From Haliotis cracherodii (lineage: Eukaryota): a stretch of DNA of 64,000 nt. Location: assembly GCF_022045235.1 (NCBI RefSeq), contig NW_027266280.1, positions 6,138,001 to 6,202,000 on the forward strand, in the 5' to 3' direction. This document shows, piece after piece, positions 51,564-63,488 of this stretch. The stretch's first letter is position 1; each line of letters begins with the position of its first letter. Position numbers and translations under genes: made by a program. The notes beneath the pieces were generated by a model, which worked only from the letters and a program-made list of their open reading frames with translations, was not told where the DNA came from and did no database searches.

Positions 51564-52495
51564 ACTCAATCTCTGACAAATGTCACCTCCCTCTTGGATG
51601 CAAATAGGTCTCTTCTGGGCACCAGAAATCCAAATGCTACTGCTACTACTTTTTATCCCTTTACAGATGACCAATCTGTAACACAGACTTCATCCCAAAC
51701 ATAAAAACTGAACGGGTGTCACAAGAACTATCAATTCATGTTGTAATTCTGAATCAAAAAGTTTTCAAAAAGTAATATTTACAGTTTTGCATGGACGGTT
51801 GCTGTATGGAGACATAAGCTCACTTGACTTTCAGTCGCAGGAGCATAAAATAAAGAACCTCTTCAAATAGCAAACAGCAAATAGCAAGTGTGAGTTTCAC
51901 TGGACAACAAATGATTATGTGGATTTTGGAATGATCGAAGCAAATTTAATTCAAGCAGAGATGCCAACCCTAATTGAACTTCGGAGTAATCACGGAAAAA
52001 AAAGTCATTTCATGTGAAAAAACGTAACATTAACTTTTTTAGAAGGGTCATTCATCACCTTTGAGAAGCAGTTTCTCACTATGACATTTTCGTTAGGACT
52101 AGACGTAAGTTAAACATGTGATAGCTCCATGCATTCATAAAATTCAACATGTGGCACTAATTAACTGTTTTTCAGAAAGAAATAGTGGAGTTTCAAGTTC
52201 TGTCAGTAATGTCAGTGTACATGCAATTAGTTCCCTGTCTGCACAATGATTGATCAATATGACACCAGTGTGTTTTCATATGACAACCACTTAGAGACCT
52301 TGTATCACTGAGTATCAAGTTGTAATTTAGGCTGAATAAAATAAAAGAATTGGTTCTCAGGCAATGTTTTTTGCAAATACAGTGTGGGCAGTCTTTTTGG
52401 GAGTGGGTCGTTCAAACTAGTATGTAACCAAATAAACAGTTGTGTAACCAAATAAAAGGTTGTGTACAATCAACCTGTAAAAGGGCCTCCCTACA

Positions 52496-52803
52496 TACCG
52501 TATTCGACATAATAAGCGCCCAGGGCACTCTCAAAATTAGAAATAGGGGGCTCTTATTAGAATATTATTTTGAAAGATCCGTAAATTTCGTGGTTTATGT
52601 GGACAGCCTGATATGTTTATATGCGACAGATATATTTTTTCCAGAATTTAATGTCCCATTATTAAGGATGCATATAACACACGTATTACATTACGTATTC
52701 AATCGAAAAGGGTGTTAATTGGGATCGTTCACTAGCAAATTGTTTAGCAAATATCGCCGTGGGCGCTTATTAGAGCGGGGCGCTTATTACGTCAAAAACG
52801 GTA
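52496..52803. mobile_element. Tc1/mariner-superfamily MITE (same family as 27943)
   Basis: TA-CCGTATTCGAC...GTCAAAAACGG-TA. Confidence 0.85.
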
Positions 52804-53241
52804 AATGTATTCCTTGATGAGTAAAATACTGGAACACAACTCCTGTTGGACATGGAATATTTAAGGATTTTTTTATATATTTTGAAATGGAAATAAAAAC
52901 GAAACATGTGGCGGACTTTGTGATGAAGCGGGCGGTGCCTGATAAGCGAGATTATTATTTTTTTTAGCCTTAGGGAAGGACAAGCATAAATGCATAATTT
53001 GTGGCTCAAAGTTGTAACCATTACACAATATAGTAATGGTTAACATTTGCAATTGAAGCATATATAAACAAATTATATTCAAGACTAAATCTATCATGTA
53101 TGTCTATACTGACAACATCTGAGATTAACAAAAATATTTGAGCTAAATGATTTCTGAGATAAACAATTTATAGGACAAATATTTTTTATGTGAACTGAGT
53201 TTGAGAGAAGGGGAGGTAACTGTGGTGATGTTGATACTCAC

Positions 53242-53395
53242 AAGTTCTCTGAAGAGCATGGCAGCACTGCCTCTTGTGTTCTGGTGCTGCCAGTTGCAGT
53301 ATTCATCAATCTTTGCCTGGGCTCGGAGGTCAGTGCGTGGGTACCAGTGATCAGGAACGTTGTATTTACAGGAAAGGTACTTCAGAATGGCCACA
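53242..53395 (-). CDS. GSTT1: Theta GST copy 2, exon 3
   Basis: 154 nt with AG/GT boundaries. Confidence 0.9.
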
Positions 53396-53702
53396 CTGAA
53401 AAGAAGGATTAGGTAGACAGAAAAGACCACAGCCCTACAGTGTCTGAAAACAATATTGCCAGGCTGCCATCGGGACATACAGACTTTAGAACCTGCAGGC
53501 CCTGACTAAACTCTTCAGGCCCTCACTTAAAAACTGCAGCTTATCATGCTTATTGTACAAATAAATCAACACACAAATGTACTGCAGGCCATAAGGCCCC
53601 ATTCAAGTTTGAAACTACGGGCCCAATACCAGTCAACCAGTCTGGATTATGGCCTATGACTAAAACATGAATGAAAATATAAGACCCAGTAGAGTACCAT
53701 AC

Positions 53703-53790
53703 CTCTCTGTCAAAACAAATCCATTATCATCAATTACTGGCACCAGCTTGAAGGGGTTGATTCTTGCATATTCCTCAGAGAATTGTTCTC
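53703..53790 (-). CDS. GSTT1: Theta GST copy 2, exon 2
   Basis: 88 nt, GEQFSEEYARINPFKLVP. Confidence 0.9.
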
Positions 53791-53885
53791 CTGTAATAAA
53801 GTAGCACAAATTATGCATTACAGTGAGTCAGAATTATTATCATAATAGTCAAACATGTCCCAACATAATCATGTCCATTACAGCA

Positions 53886-54271
53886 CAGGGCTGAGGCAGG
53901 TAACTGGTATTGGATGGGTCCTGAGTAAGATTCGGGTACCCACAGGACTACCTGGACCCGTGGTTAGTCAAATGATATGCTAACAATAACAATAGAAGTT
54001 GCTTATGTTTGCATTTCTTTCTGACTATTCATGCATTTTTTTCTGAATTTTATACGTTCGAGTACAGATAAAACTTCAGTCGACTTCAGTGTATGCATGA
54101 TCTGGTCATTATATATGTGTATCTAAATAGTATTTGCCAAGGCTTTGGTGAAACAATTTCCAATTGGACATTATGTACCCAACTCTTGAGACCTACAGTG
54201 GGTTTCTAGGTAGGGTCAGGTTATCGGGGGTCAAGTACCTGGGTAGTAAATATGGACTCGTCCCAGCCCTA
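53886..54271. mobile_element. hAT-like MITE (paralog of 29737-30119)
   Basis: Same position in both GST copies; ends CGTCCCAGCCCTA. Confidence 0.78.
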
Positions 54272-54572
54272 CTGACAGGGTTATCACACAGAAATAGTGG
54301 CTCATGATTATCCACCAAAATCTAAATACTAATCACACTCAACAATACTTTCAGTGAGCTGGGATAGTTGGGTTTTAACACTAAGACAGTATTAATAGTT
54401 TATAACAACTAATATCAGATAGGTCTCAATGATCTGCTGGAGCAAGGTTTGCCAGCTGGTCAAGCTTATATCCACACCCAGTCACTAAGATCGTATGCCT
54501 TTCATGCCTATGAACTTGAGGAAAAAGATAATGAAACTTAAAGAGGTTTTTAAAATGAAACAATAACAAATG

Positions 54573-54833
54573 TGTAACCGATGTTATATTTGGGATAACA
54601 ATTTCTTAGTAAAGTAGATTCTCGTACTTTTTTGGGGTTGAATCCCGTACGGGATTCGAACCCACACTTGCCAGAATGAGGCACCTAATCGCCAGCACAC
54701 AAAGTCAGCGATCTAACCCACTCAGCCACCGAGGCTTCCATAAAATGAAAGTCCGACAACTGGTAGTCTAGATCAAGTACTTGTTGCTAGGGTGAAGTCA
54801 CATGGCATTGTTTCGGCGATGGGTCTTGCAACA
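54573..54833. mobile_element. Putative solo LTR containing a tRNA-like sequence
   Basis: TGT...ACA termini; flanks aaatg/aaatt; begins exactly where homology with copy 1 breaks; A and B boxes on the minus strand. Confidence 0.55.
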
Positions 54834-55169
54834 AAATTCCACAAATTACGTCATCGTGTATTGTGACGTTATTGTAAAGTTTGAGGTACAAGCCCCGTTC
54901 CACAAGGCGATCGTATTGTAGCGCAACGACAGTCGTTAGGTCTAAGTTAAAGTATGTGAGTTGCGATAGTCTTAGCCCTACGATAATTTTGTGAATTCTA
55001 AAGGTGGTATTAAATTCATACCTTTCAACTTTTGACGTGTTTGAAGTATTATTCTGTTAAACTCAATTTGACTATGCAGTGGATCGTATAGGTGTCAGCT
55101 AGCCTATTCATACTCAACAGTATAATTCTAAAAACGTTATCAATGGCAAGTAATAAATAGAATACTAAA

Positions 55170-56307
55170 CTCGCTCCCGTGTATGGATGTTTTTCTGCAG
55201 ATCCTTTTTAAGTTTCCACCAAACATTCTCAATGATATTGAGGTCTGGGGGACTGGGCAGGCCAATTTAAGCTGTTAATATTGTTGTCACGGCGAAATTC
55301 TTGGACCACACGAGCCCGGTGCACAGGAGCGTTGTCATCTTGGAAGATATATGTGTTGTCAGGGAAATGACGGGCGATGACAGGCTAAAGATTGTCATTT
55401 AGGATATCAATGTACTTTTGTGCATTAATGTTTCCTTCCACAACACTCACGGTACCAATTCCATGATACGTAATGCACCCCCAAATCATAAGGCCAAACT
55501 TCCTCCTCGATGGTGGACATATACAATCGCCAAGCCATTCCTCCCCAACCTTTCTCCAAACTCGTACACGACTGTCAAGTCCCACAATTACTTTACATTC
55601 GTCACTAAATACCACACGTTTCCAGTAGTCATTCAGGATTCACTTCTCGAATTCTGATACTAGATAGACGTCCTCTACGGAATGTTTATTGAATCTCAGT
55701 TAATAATTTTCTTTCAATTGTCCGCTTACTGAAAGGTCTATCCCTGGTCTCATTGAAAATATTTGTTGGTTGGTTTGTTGTTTAACGCCGCACTCAGCAA
55801 TATTCCAGCTATATGACGGCGATCTGTAAATAATCGAGTCTGGACCAGACAATCCAGTGATTGATATCATGAGCATCGATCCACGCAACTGGGATCAATG
55901 ACATGCATCAACCAAGTCAGCGAGTCTGACCACCCGATCCCGTTAGTCGCCTTTTACGACAAGCATAGTCACCTTTTACGGCAAGCATGGGTTGCAGAAG
56001 ACCTATTCTACCCCGCAATCTTCACGGGTCGAAAATATTTGTAATTTCATCTGAAGTTTTTCTGCGATTCTTTTTCACGCAACGTGAAAGTCGTCGGCCA
56101 TCCCGCACATCAAATTTCACAGGTGTTCCTCGTCTGGCTCGATTTTCCACATTTCCCCTATTTACATACCTCTCAATAGATGAGTATACTGTGCTGGAGG
56201 GTATTCCCGTTATTGTGACAATTTCAGACCTTTTAATACCTGCGTCATATAAAGACGTGATCCTTTCTTTTTCAGCGGATGACAATTCTTTCGCTCGCCG
56301 ACCCATG
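55170..56307 (-). pseudogene. Tc1 (DD34E-type) transposase fossil
   Basis: MGRRAKELS..HTH, VFSDE, FQDDNAPVH and WPAQSP-DLNIIENVW; stop at 55385, a frameshift, and a family C insertion. Confidence 0.9.
55767..56030 (-). mobile_element. Family C element, full length, inserted in the Tc1 ORF
   Basis: 12-bp TSD gaaaatatttgt; 5' end GACCCGTGAAG. Confidence 0.92.
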
Positions 56308-57925
56308 TTTTTTACATTCCCGGGCGATACAAAGCAGACGACAAATGACGTCATAACTTCATTCACGTGACTGTCACGTGACGTGCTATACCCTAGCTTA
56401 AAATCCGGACCCATCTCGAGCTGAAATTTGCAACGCGCGCGATTTCCTGATTCACTGTCCAATACGTGAAAACTACTGTGTTCGTTTTCCGAATACTTTG
56501 GACGGAATGACATCTCGTCTCAATTTCCTCGGTTCGGCCACGATGTTTAATCTATTATATGGTCTCTGGTTTTATGCCAAAATATAAGCATAAAAAACCT
56601 GGCTCGTAACCTGGCACGATACATCCATGAAGTTCCATTTTTTAATATAGATGGCAATTTCCTGCTTAAAACGTTCAGAATAACACGATTTAACAAAAGT
56701 CTTTCGTCAAATTCCGAAATTCATCATACCATAGATGTAATTTGATTGGCTGACTTAGGTCACGTACTCAGATTTGATCAGTCACGAACCTTGTAGCAGA
56801 TTTTGGCAAAGAAAGCGTCATTAGAAACCAATATTATCGAAGCTTTCTAGCGATGTGTCACATGGCAGTCTTCGACGAACATGTTATTCGAAAACGGAGG
56901 TATCTCTTCATGTTACTGGACAGTCGCTGTTATCGGAAAATGGGTGATGGCAGATACAGGATTTATTTACGATTCTTTTTAAAATATTTTTCCAATTGCG
57001 TTTTTTATGAAATCTTATAGATTCTGTTTGCGAAAATCGTCAATTTTGCGCTTCCTTGGTCCTTAAGCTGGACGTTATGAATGTGTTAGATAACAGTTTC
57101 TTTATTTACAGCGAACATAATTAAGTTGTAAATGCATTATCTAAATAATGTGATAAACATAACATATATTTATATACAATAGGATTGGAACTTGAAATGG
57201 TGTATAATATGTGGTAGCAAAGATGTTTTACAAACATGAGGATATTTTCTTTGATAAATGTTTTACGAGTGTAATATATATATAATTACTTTGTTATCTG
57301 AATGTCATAACATGCATAATCAGCCATTATTTATATGCAGCATAAATCATGATCATGCAATCTTGTCATATAATTTGAAGTTTTGAGTTGAGAAAAATAA
57401 TTGCTTGTTGATTTTTTATTTTGCTTGTAACTTTTTAAACCACTTGCAAAAATTTGATTGTGCCTAAAAAAAATTAAATTCTAACCCTTTTAATGATCAT
57501 CGCATATACAATAGCATATGTCTCGGTTAGACTAGGCCTAGTTAATTCGGTAAAATTAACGTCTGTCATCACTGTCAAGTGCCGCAAGTCCCAGTCTCCT
57601 AGTTCCTATACTAAACTTAAGAGTTTTACAGGCTTTTACCCTGACCTATAAATTACTGTACTGTTAAATGGAATAATTACTTAATTACAGGAACTTTATA
57701 TATCTTGTGAAGAATTTTGGTACAATAAATATTATTGTGCGTCCCTCGGGACGAAATTTATAGTTTCGTGCGTCCATTCTATAGATGTCTGCGTCACGTA
57801 AAACCCCTGTCTTAGCGGCTGCTGCAACATTATGCTGGGTACAAATTCCATCACTTGTGAACATACTTCAATACAACTTTTGTCAAATAGTGTGACATGC
57901 AAAACAGATTCCGTTCGTGGCATAC

Positions 57926-58037
57926 CTTTTCGTAACGCAAGTACTTTATCTTCAAACGGTATCTTGTTTAACTTCAGAAACATATAAACAGCCCTCGATG
58001 GCCGAGACATCAAATCATAGTACACTTTCAACGCCAT
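57926..58037 (-). CDS. GSTT1: Theta GST copy 2, exon 1 (112 nt)
   Basis: MALKVYYDLMSRPSRAVY; donor intact. Confidence 0.9.
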
Positions 58038-58237
58038 TTTTTCCGTAGATTAGTTCCCGGATTCGCCACTTATAGTGTCGATGACCTCCCATCCAGCTGA
58101 TCTTTGATCGCAAGTTCTCGTCGACTCCCCATGCGCGTCGTCAACTTGCGCCAAGTATATTTCGATATAAGACGGGACCAAGCTTAGCTCCTGACAGCGA
58201 TAGCCCATTCATGAAGCTCTCAACACCAAGGGTGAAA

Positions 58238-58342
58238 ACATTGACCAATGAAGTAGCAGTAAATATATCGGGATTAAACCATTGGTCAATCGCTACCCAA
58301 TCAAAAACCCGTTTAATCGTATGCAGATAATGGCGGCCAAAT
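58238..58342. promoter_or_regulatory. Candidate bidirectional promoter (CCAAT cluster plus ATGGCGG motif)
   Basis: gaccaatg, attgg and cccaatc within ~65 bp, followed by ataATGGCGGcc; lies between divergent GST copy 2 and the myosin gene. Confidence 0.45.
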
Positions 58343-61088
58343 TAAAAGAAAATGTCAACACACTGGTTGCGATATTTTTCACCTTGCAGAATTAATATTA
58401 CATGTTGAATAGGAAAAATGGTAATATTCATTAGCTGATAAAACTTGTCTATTCGTGTGTATATATATATGTAAATATATATTGGTGTTAATCTGCTGAA
58501 TATATTTCGTTTCTAAGTCAAATTCACCAGCTTGCCCAAGGTTATTCATTCAGAATTTTGATCTTCATTATCACAGGATCAGTGTACACCAGTGAGACGA
58601 AAACGAAAACCTGACAACAGTGAAAGCGAAATTGTCAACGCAGACAAGTCTTCAGTTCAGTGTGTAAGTCATATTAGAACATGTCAATATGAAGTTATGA
58701 ACAGGTTTCAGAGCATGGAGTACCAATGCATTGCGTGAAGGCGTCCTCAGATGAAAACTCGACAGCAGGACAGTGGTTCGAATCCCATCACAAACATGTA
58801 CTCATCAAGTGGTCTACCCAGTATTCTGAGTATTCACTTTAGGGACTTATCTAGGAGTCCAAACTAAATGCATTTGCCAGGCAATTTGGGAAAAGTTCGT
58901 AACCTTGCTAAACTTGATGTGTCCACTGTTTTGACTATTTTAACACAGCATCCATGGCATTGGCATTCAATGTAACAGTAATCCCCTTCCTCCTATTGAT
59001 CAGTGAAATTTATATCACCTCCACATGGCCATAGGATTAGTTAGCCTATAGGTGAACTATGTTTATCATGTTTATGTTTTCAGAGACAGAAACTAATACT
59101 TTTCGTCTACTCATCACATGGTAACATGGCACAACCCCTAAAAATGGCAAATTTCTACTAGTCCTTGTGACACCTTACTACCACTAGCTCGTTGTCAACA
59201 GATATTTTCAAAATCTTTTCATGTTTTTAATCAAGGTGCTCACGTGATTTGATGCACTTCGCGATGTAAGACTCGTTTTATCACAATATAGATCTTGATC
59301 ATCGATCAGATCGTCTTGACAGGGCGCCACCGTTTTGTTTGAAACAAATGCAAGTGATGCGATAGGTGGAATCTGATTGGTCCACAGGAGAGGCATAGAA
59401 GAGACATAGCTCGTAATAGCCACTGGTGGCGCTACGATCGAGCCCAGGAATTCCAGCCTAGTTCGGCAAGGGGGGAAACTGGACTTTTAAAGTTAGTTAA
59501 CTCCCTTGCCTCGGGAAGATGCACCTTTGCATCGGTGGATCGCGATTTTATACTTCTCGATACTTTTATCGATTACAGTTGCACACAAAGTAAAAAAATT
59601 CCATTCTGGTCTTGAATGTTTGCTTTCACTGAACACTAATCAGTAGTGCAAGTTAATAGTGAAGACATAAATATTTTCATTTGTTGTGCCATGCTTCACA
59701 CTGCCAACTGTAAATCATCAGTGTGCCATGTATTTGGCCATCGTCTATATGAAAAAGATGGCTTACGCACCACAGATAAGAGCACATGCAAGTGTTGTGA
59801 TATATATCAGATCATGAGTAAGGTATCAGGATACGTATCGGATCTCACAGTTGGTGTATCGTCCCAGCCCAGAAATTATGTGTATGACAATGTTCTGAAG
59901 GTGGCTGAGCTCACAGAATTTCAATGCGATTTAAAACATGGCTACCGTGGTGGCCATATTGAAAATGTCATTTTTGCTCATTCTGCATTCAATTATGAAA
60001 AAGTTTTAGTTTCATTGTAAATTAGTTCACTACCACTTGACCCCCTTTATAATTTTTTTAATACAAGAAGCAATTGATCTTCAGAGCCTTGTGATTCTAT
60101 TTTGTGCTGCAATTCCACCTGTTTTTCAATACAGGGACAACAAATTTATATAAGAAGCAAACAACATGGTTGGGAGACTGCTGTACTGAAAGATGTGACA
60201 AGTGACAACAGTAGCCATGGTAACAAGGATTTTGTCGCAGAGACCACATCAGGGGAGGTAAGATATCAATGAGATACATTTATGTGATTAGACTTTCATT
60301 ATCTATAGTACATTCTTTAATACTGGCATCATTGACAAATTTGTATTTTTGCTTTAGGTGACACTTTTTTTATTTCTTGGTTTACGGATGCGCCGCTCTT
60401 TCAAAGTCCAAATGTTAAAAAAAATAAAAAATGAAAATTACCCCCTTTTTTTTATTACTGCCAAACTTTTTGTCAAAAAGTTCCAACAAAAACAGATTTC
60501 ATTTCCTCGTCGAGCGTAAAGCAAAGGGAAGTCACTCTGATATTTCTCACTGGGATCCTTCTCTAATACTATCAAAGCTTGTCAACGACTCACACCGCAG
60601 GGTAGACCGACCAAGTCACATCAAAATAGTTTATAATTTTATTAACCTACTTGTCATATCATTCATTTATTAAATTTATCACATTTCACAATGTTTGAAA
60701 TATGTATTCCATTTGATTTTATCATTTTTTATCTTGTAAATTAAAAATTTATTCACGAGACACTATTTCCTGCAATGTTATTGAAAATAAAATTCCAGGA
60801 CACACTTTGACAACGGGTCCTCATCGAACATGTCAAACAGCAAAATAAAGACATTTCAAGCAAATCTTTGAATATATTATACAAAGTAATAAAATCAACA
60901 AAGATGTATCTAAAAGTTGCCAAACTGACATCTAAGTTATTATTTCTATCTGTTGAAAAAGGCTACTACTTATATTAATAGGATAGCAGAACCATACACT
61001 TAACCTATGGTAGTATTGTAAGGGCTAACCCTATTGAGGTCTATATTACTAGCGGGAGACATAATAAAAATAATTCCTTTTGTGTTTA

Positions 61089-61859
61089 TTTTTATCCCCC
61101 GCCCAACAAAGTTGGCAGGGGGATATAGAAACAGGCTTTGCCCGTCCATCCGTACGTACGTACGTCCGTCCGTCACGTTTCGTTTCCAGAGCATAACTCG
61201 GAAACCGTTCAATATGTTTTCATGAAACTTTGCAGGTCTGTCAAGTACATGCTGAACTGGTGCCTTTTGCTATTTAGAAATTTTAGAATTTTTTTACGTT
61301 TCCATGGCAACAAGATACGCATCAGAAACGCAGAAATACACAGTAAAATATAATCTAAGCGTATCAAATACGCAACGAACATTACAGATACGCTACAAAA
61401 ATAAAACTTGTGCGTATCATCAAAATATTGTGAAGTAACCCTGCGTATTCGATTAGCAAATCAGCAACTTATTTTGAAATTATACGGGCATTCCGTCAAC
61501 CTTGCCAAACTCCACAATGACAGTTACATCATGATAATTTGCCATCACACTTTCTTGTGGAAGTATCGTGGTATTTTTTAGTCCTATAAAGCTCTCGAAC
61601 CCACACAACACCAGTTTGTACGGACTAGATGAATAGTGTTTTTAAATATTTAACTTAAATACCCACATGTGTAAAAACTAGTGGGTAACAGAAATTTGAA
61701 TACGCAGATAGAATTACTGATACTCAATGATTTTACAATGCATGGGTAAAATACCCACAACACCAGAAGCTTATCTGGAGCTCTGGTTAGATTTAATTAT
61801 TTCATAAATTCTTCAACAGGGGAGGGGGATAAAGCCACGTTAGTGGCAAACTCTTGTTT
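61089..61859. mobile_element. Helentron-associated (HINE/DINE-like) non-autonomous element
   Basis: Subterminal inverted repeats tttatcccc/ggggataaa, 5' stem-loop, (GTCC)n microsatellite, 3' gccac..gtggc hairpin, T-rich ends. Confidence 0.7.
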
Positions 61860-61966
61860 TTCTTTTCTCGCTGCTTGTTCGGGCACTTGGCCTGTGAACC
61901 GAAAATTATAAAATGTGTGTCCTTAGTTTGTTAAGCTGTAATACTGTACATATGTTTGTCATGCAG

Positions 61967-62066
61967 GAGTTGGTGTGCAGACAAGAGGATGTCCTCCACT
62001 GTTCCAATGTCCCCCTGTGTAGCACCGAGCGCTTGTCAGACCTTGCTCCACTCAACGAAGCCACAG
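61967..62066 (+). CDS. MYO19: Unconventional myosin (XIX-like), early exon
   Basis: ERLSDLAPLNEAT|V; AG/GT boundaries in phase with the next exon. Confidence 0.65.
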
Positions 62067-62368
62067 GTACATCAAATGATTTTCTCAGGGAGCTCAGGGA
62101 AACATATGCGAAACGAACACAAGCAGGCAGTTCCGAATGGAAAATATAATAAAGGCAACACTTGTATTATAGCGTTGTGGATATTTTCTACACCCTGTCA
62201 TTTCTAAGCATTGGGACATGTACACCCAAAGGGGAGTATGAAAGGAATATATTTGGGGTCTATGTAGGATTTATTGTAAGATCAAAATTTCGGAATCAAC
62301 GAAAAATTGAAATGAACCAGGATTATTTTAGAAAGCTGACATCTGACTGGCTGAAGAATACATGTATC

Positions 62369-63050
62369 TAGAGCTGGGACGGATTACTCGGATACTCGTG
62401 TCGGGTGTTTCCTGAGTAGACTCGGGTACCCACATGACTACCCGGACCCGCAGTTAGTCATGTGATATATGGTTAAATGACAATAACAATATAATTCCAT
62501 GTTTACACTAGTACAAGTCGCTAATGTTTGCATTTCTTTCCGACTATGGGCACATTCCTTCTGACTTTTATATGTTTGAGTAAAGACAAAGCTTCAGTTA
62601 ACTTCAGTGTATACACAATCAGATCATTTAATACTATTTCTAAGACCCGCGAATATCCGGGGTAGAAAAGGTCCTCAGCAACCCATGCTTGCCGTAAATG
62701 GCGACTATGCTTGTCATAAGAGTTGACTAACGGGATTGGGTGGTCAGGCTCGCTGACTTAGTGGATGCATGTCATTGATCTCAATTGCGTGGATCGATGC
62801 TCATGACATCAATCACTGGATTGTCTGGTCCAGACTCGATTATTTACAGACCGCCATCATATAGCTGGAATATTGCTGAGTGCGGCGTTAAACAACAAAC
62901 CAACCAACTTCTATATCTAAACACTTTTTTGCCATGGCTCAATTCCCAACTGAACATTTTGTGCCCAACTTAAGACCTACAACAGGTACGCGGGCAGGGT
63001 AATAGGGGGATGGGTACCCAGGTAGTACATTTTGTCTCGTCCCAGCCCTA
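62369..63050. mobile_element. hAT-like MITE with 8-bp TSD
   Basis: TSD catg(t/c)atc; termini TAGAGCTGGGACG...CGTCCCAGCCCTA. Confidence 0.85.
62644..62908 (+). mobile_element. Family C element, full length, nested in the hAT MITE
   Basis: Starts GACCCG; (AACC)n tail. Confidence 0.9.
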
Positions 63051-63146
63051 CATGCATCCCTCATTTAGATTAGGTGATGCAGTGTTTAGTGTATTGTGCC
63101 TGAAGCACCTGTAAAATGTCTTGATGAGTGTGTGTCATGTCTCCAG

Positions 63147-63298
63147 TCCTGCATTGTCTGTGGGAGAGGTTCAAGCTGAACTGTATCTACACCAAGGCTG
63201 GATCTACAGTGGTGGCTGTCAATCCATTCAAGGACATCTCAGGTCTCTACTCACTAGACACCGTGGAGGCTTACTGCACAAGACAGCCAGGCAACCAG
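63147..63298 (+). CDS. MYO19: Myosin motor domain exon (XIX-like)
   Basis: VLHCLWERFKLNCIYTKAGSTVVAVNPFKDISGLYS matches the myosin IYT..G..LVAVNPF motif; resembles MYO19 YTNAGCTLVALNPFK. Confidence 0.8.
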
Positions 63299-63488
63299 GT
63301 AGGTACTTACAACCTGTAGATATTACCCACAGGGCAAGCATTTTATTAGAGCTGGGTATAGCTTCGTATTTTGTGATACAATTTGTATCACGATACAGAC
63401 TGATGGTACTACAGGTATCATGATAGACATCAGATTGTAAGAAATGATGAAATCACTAAAATACAGCTCTAAAACCTCTTTCTTAATA

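Noticed and set aside
59445-59460. caggaattccagccta as the partner TIR of the Academ-like end at 58046
   Set aside because: Only a partial match and no TSD found.
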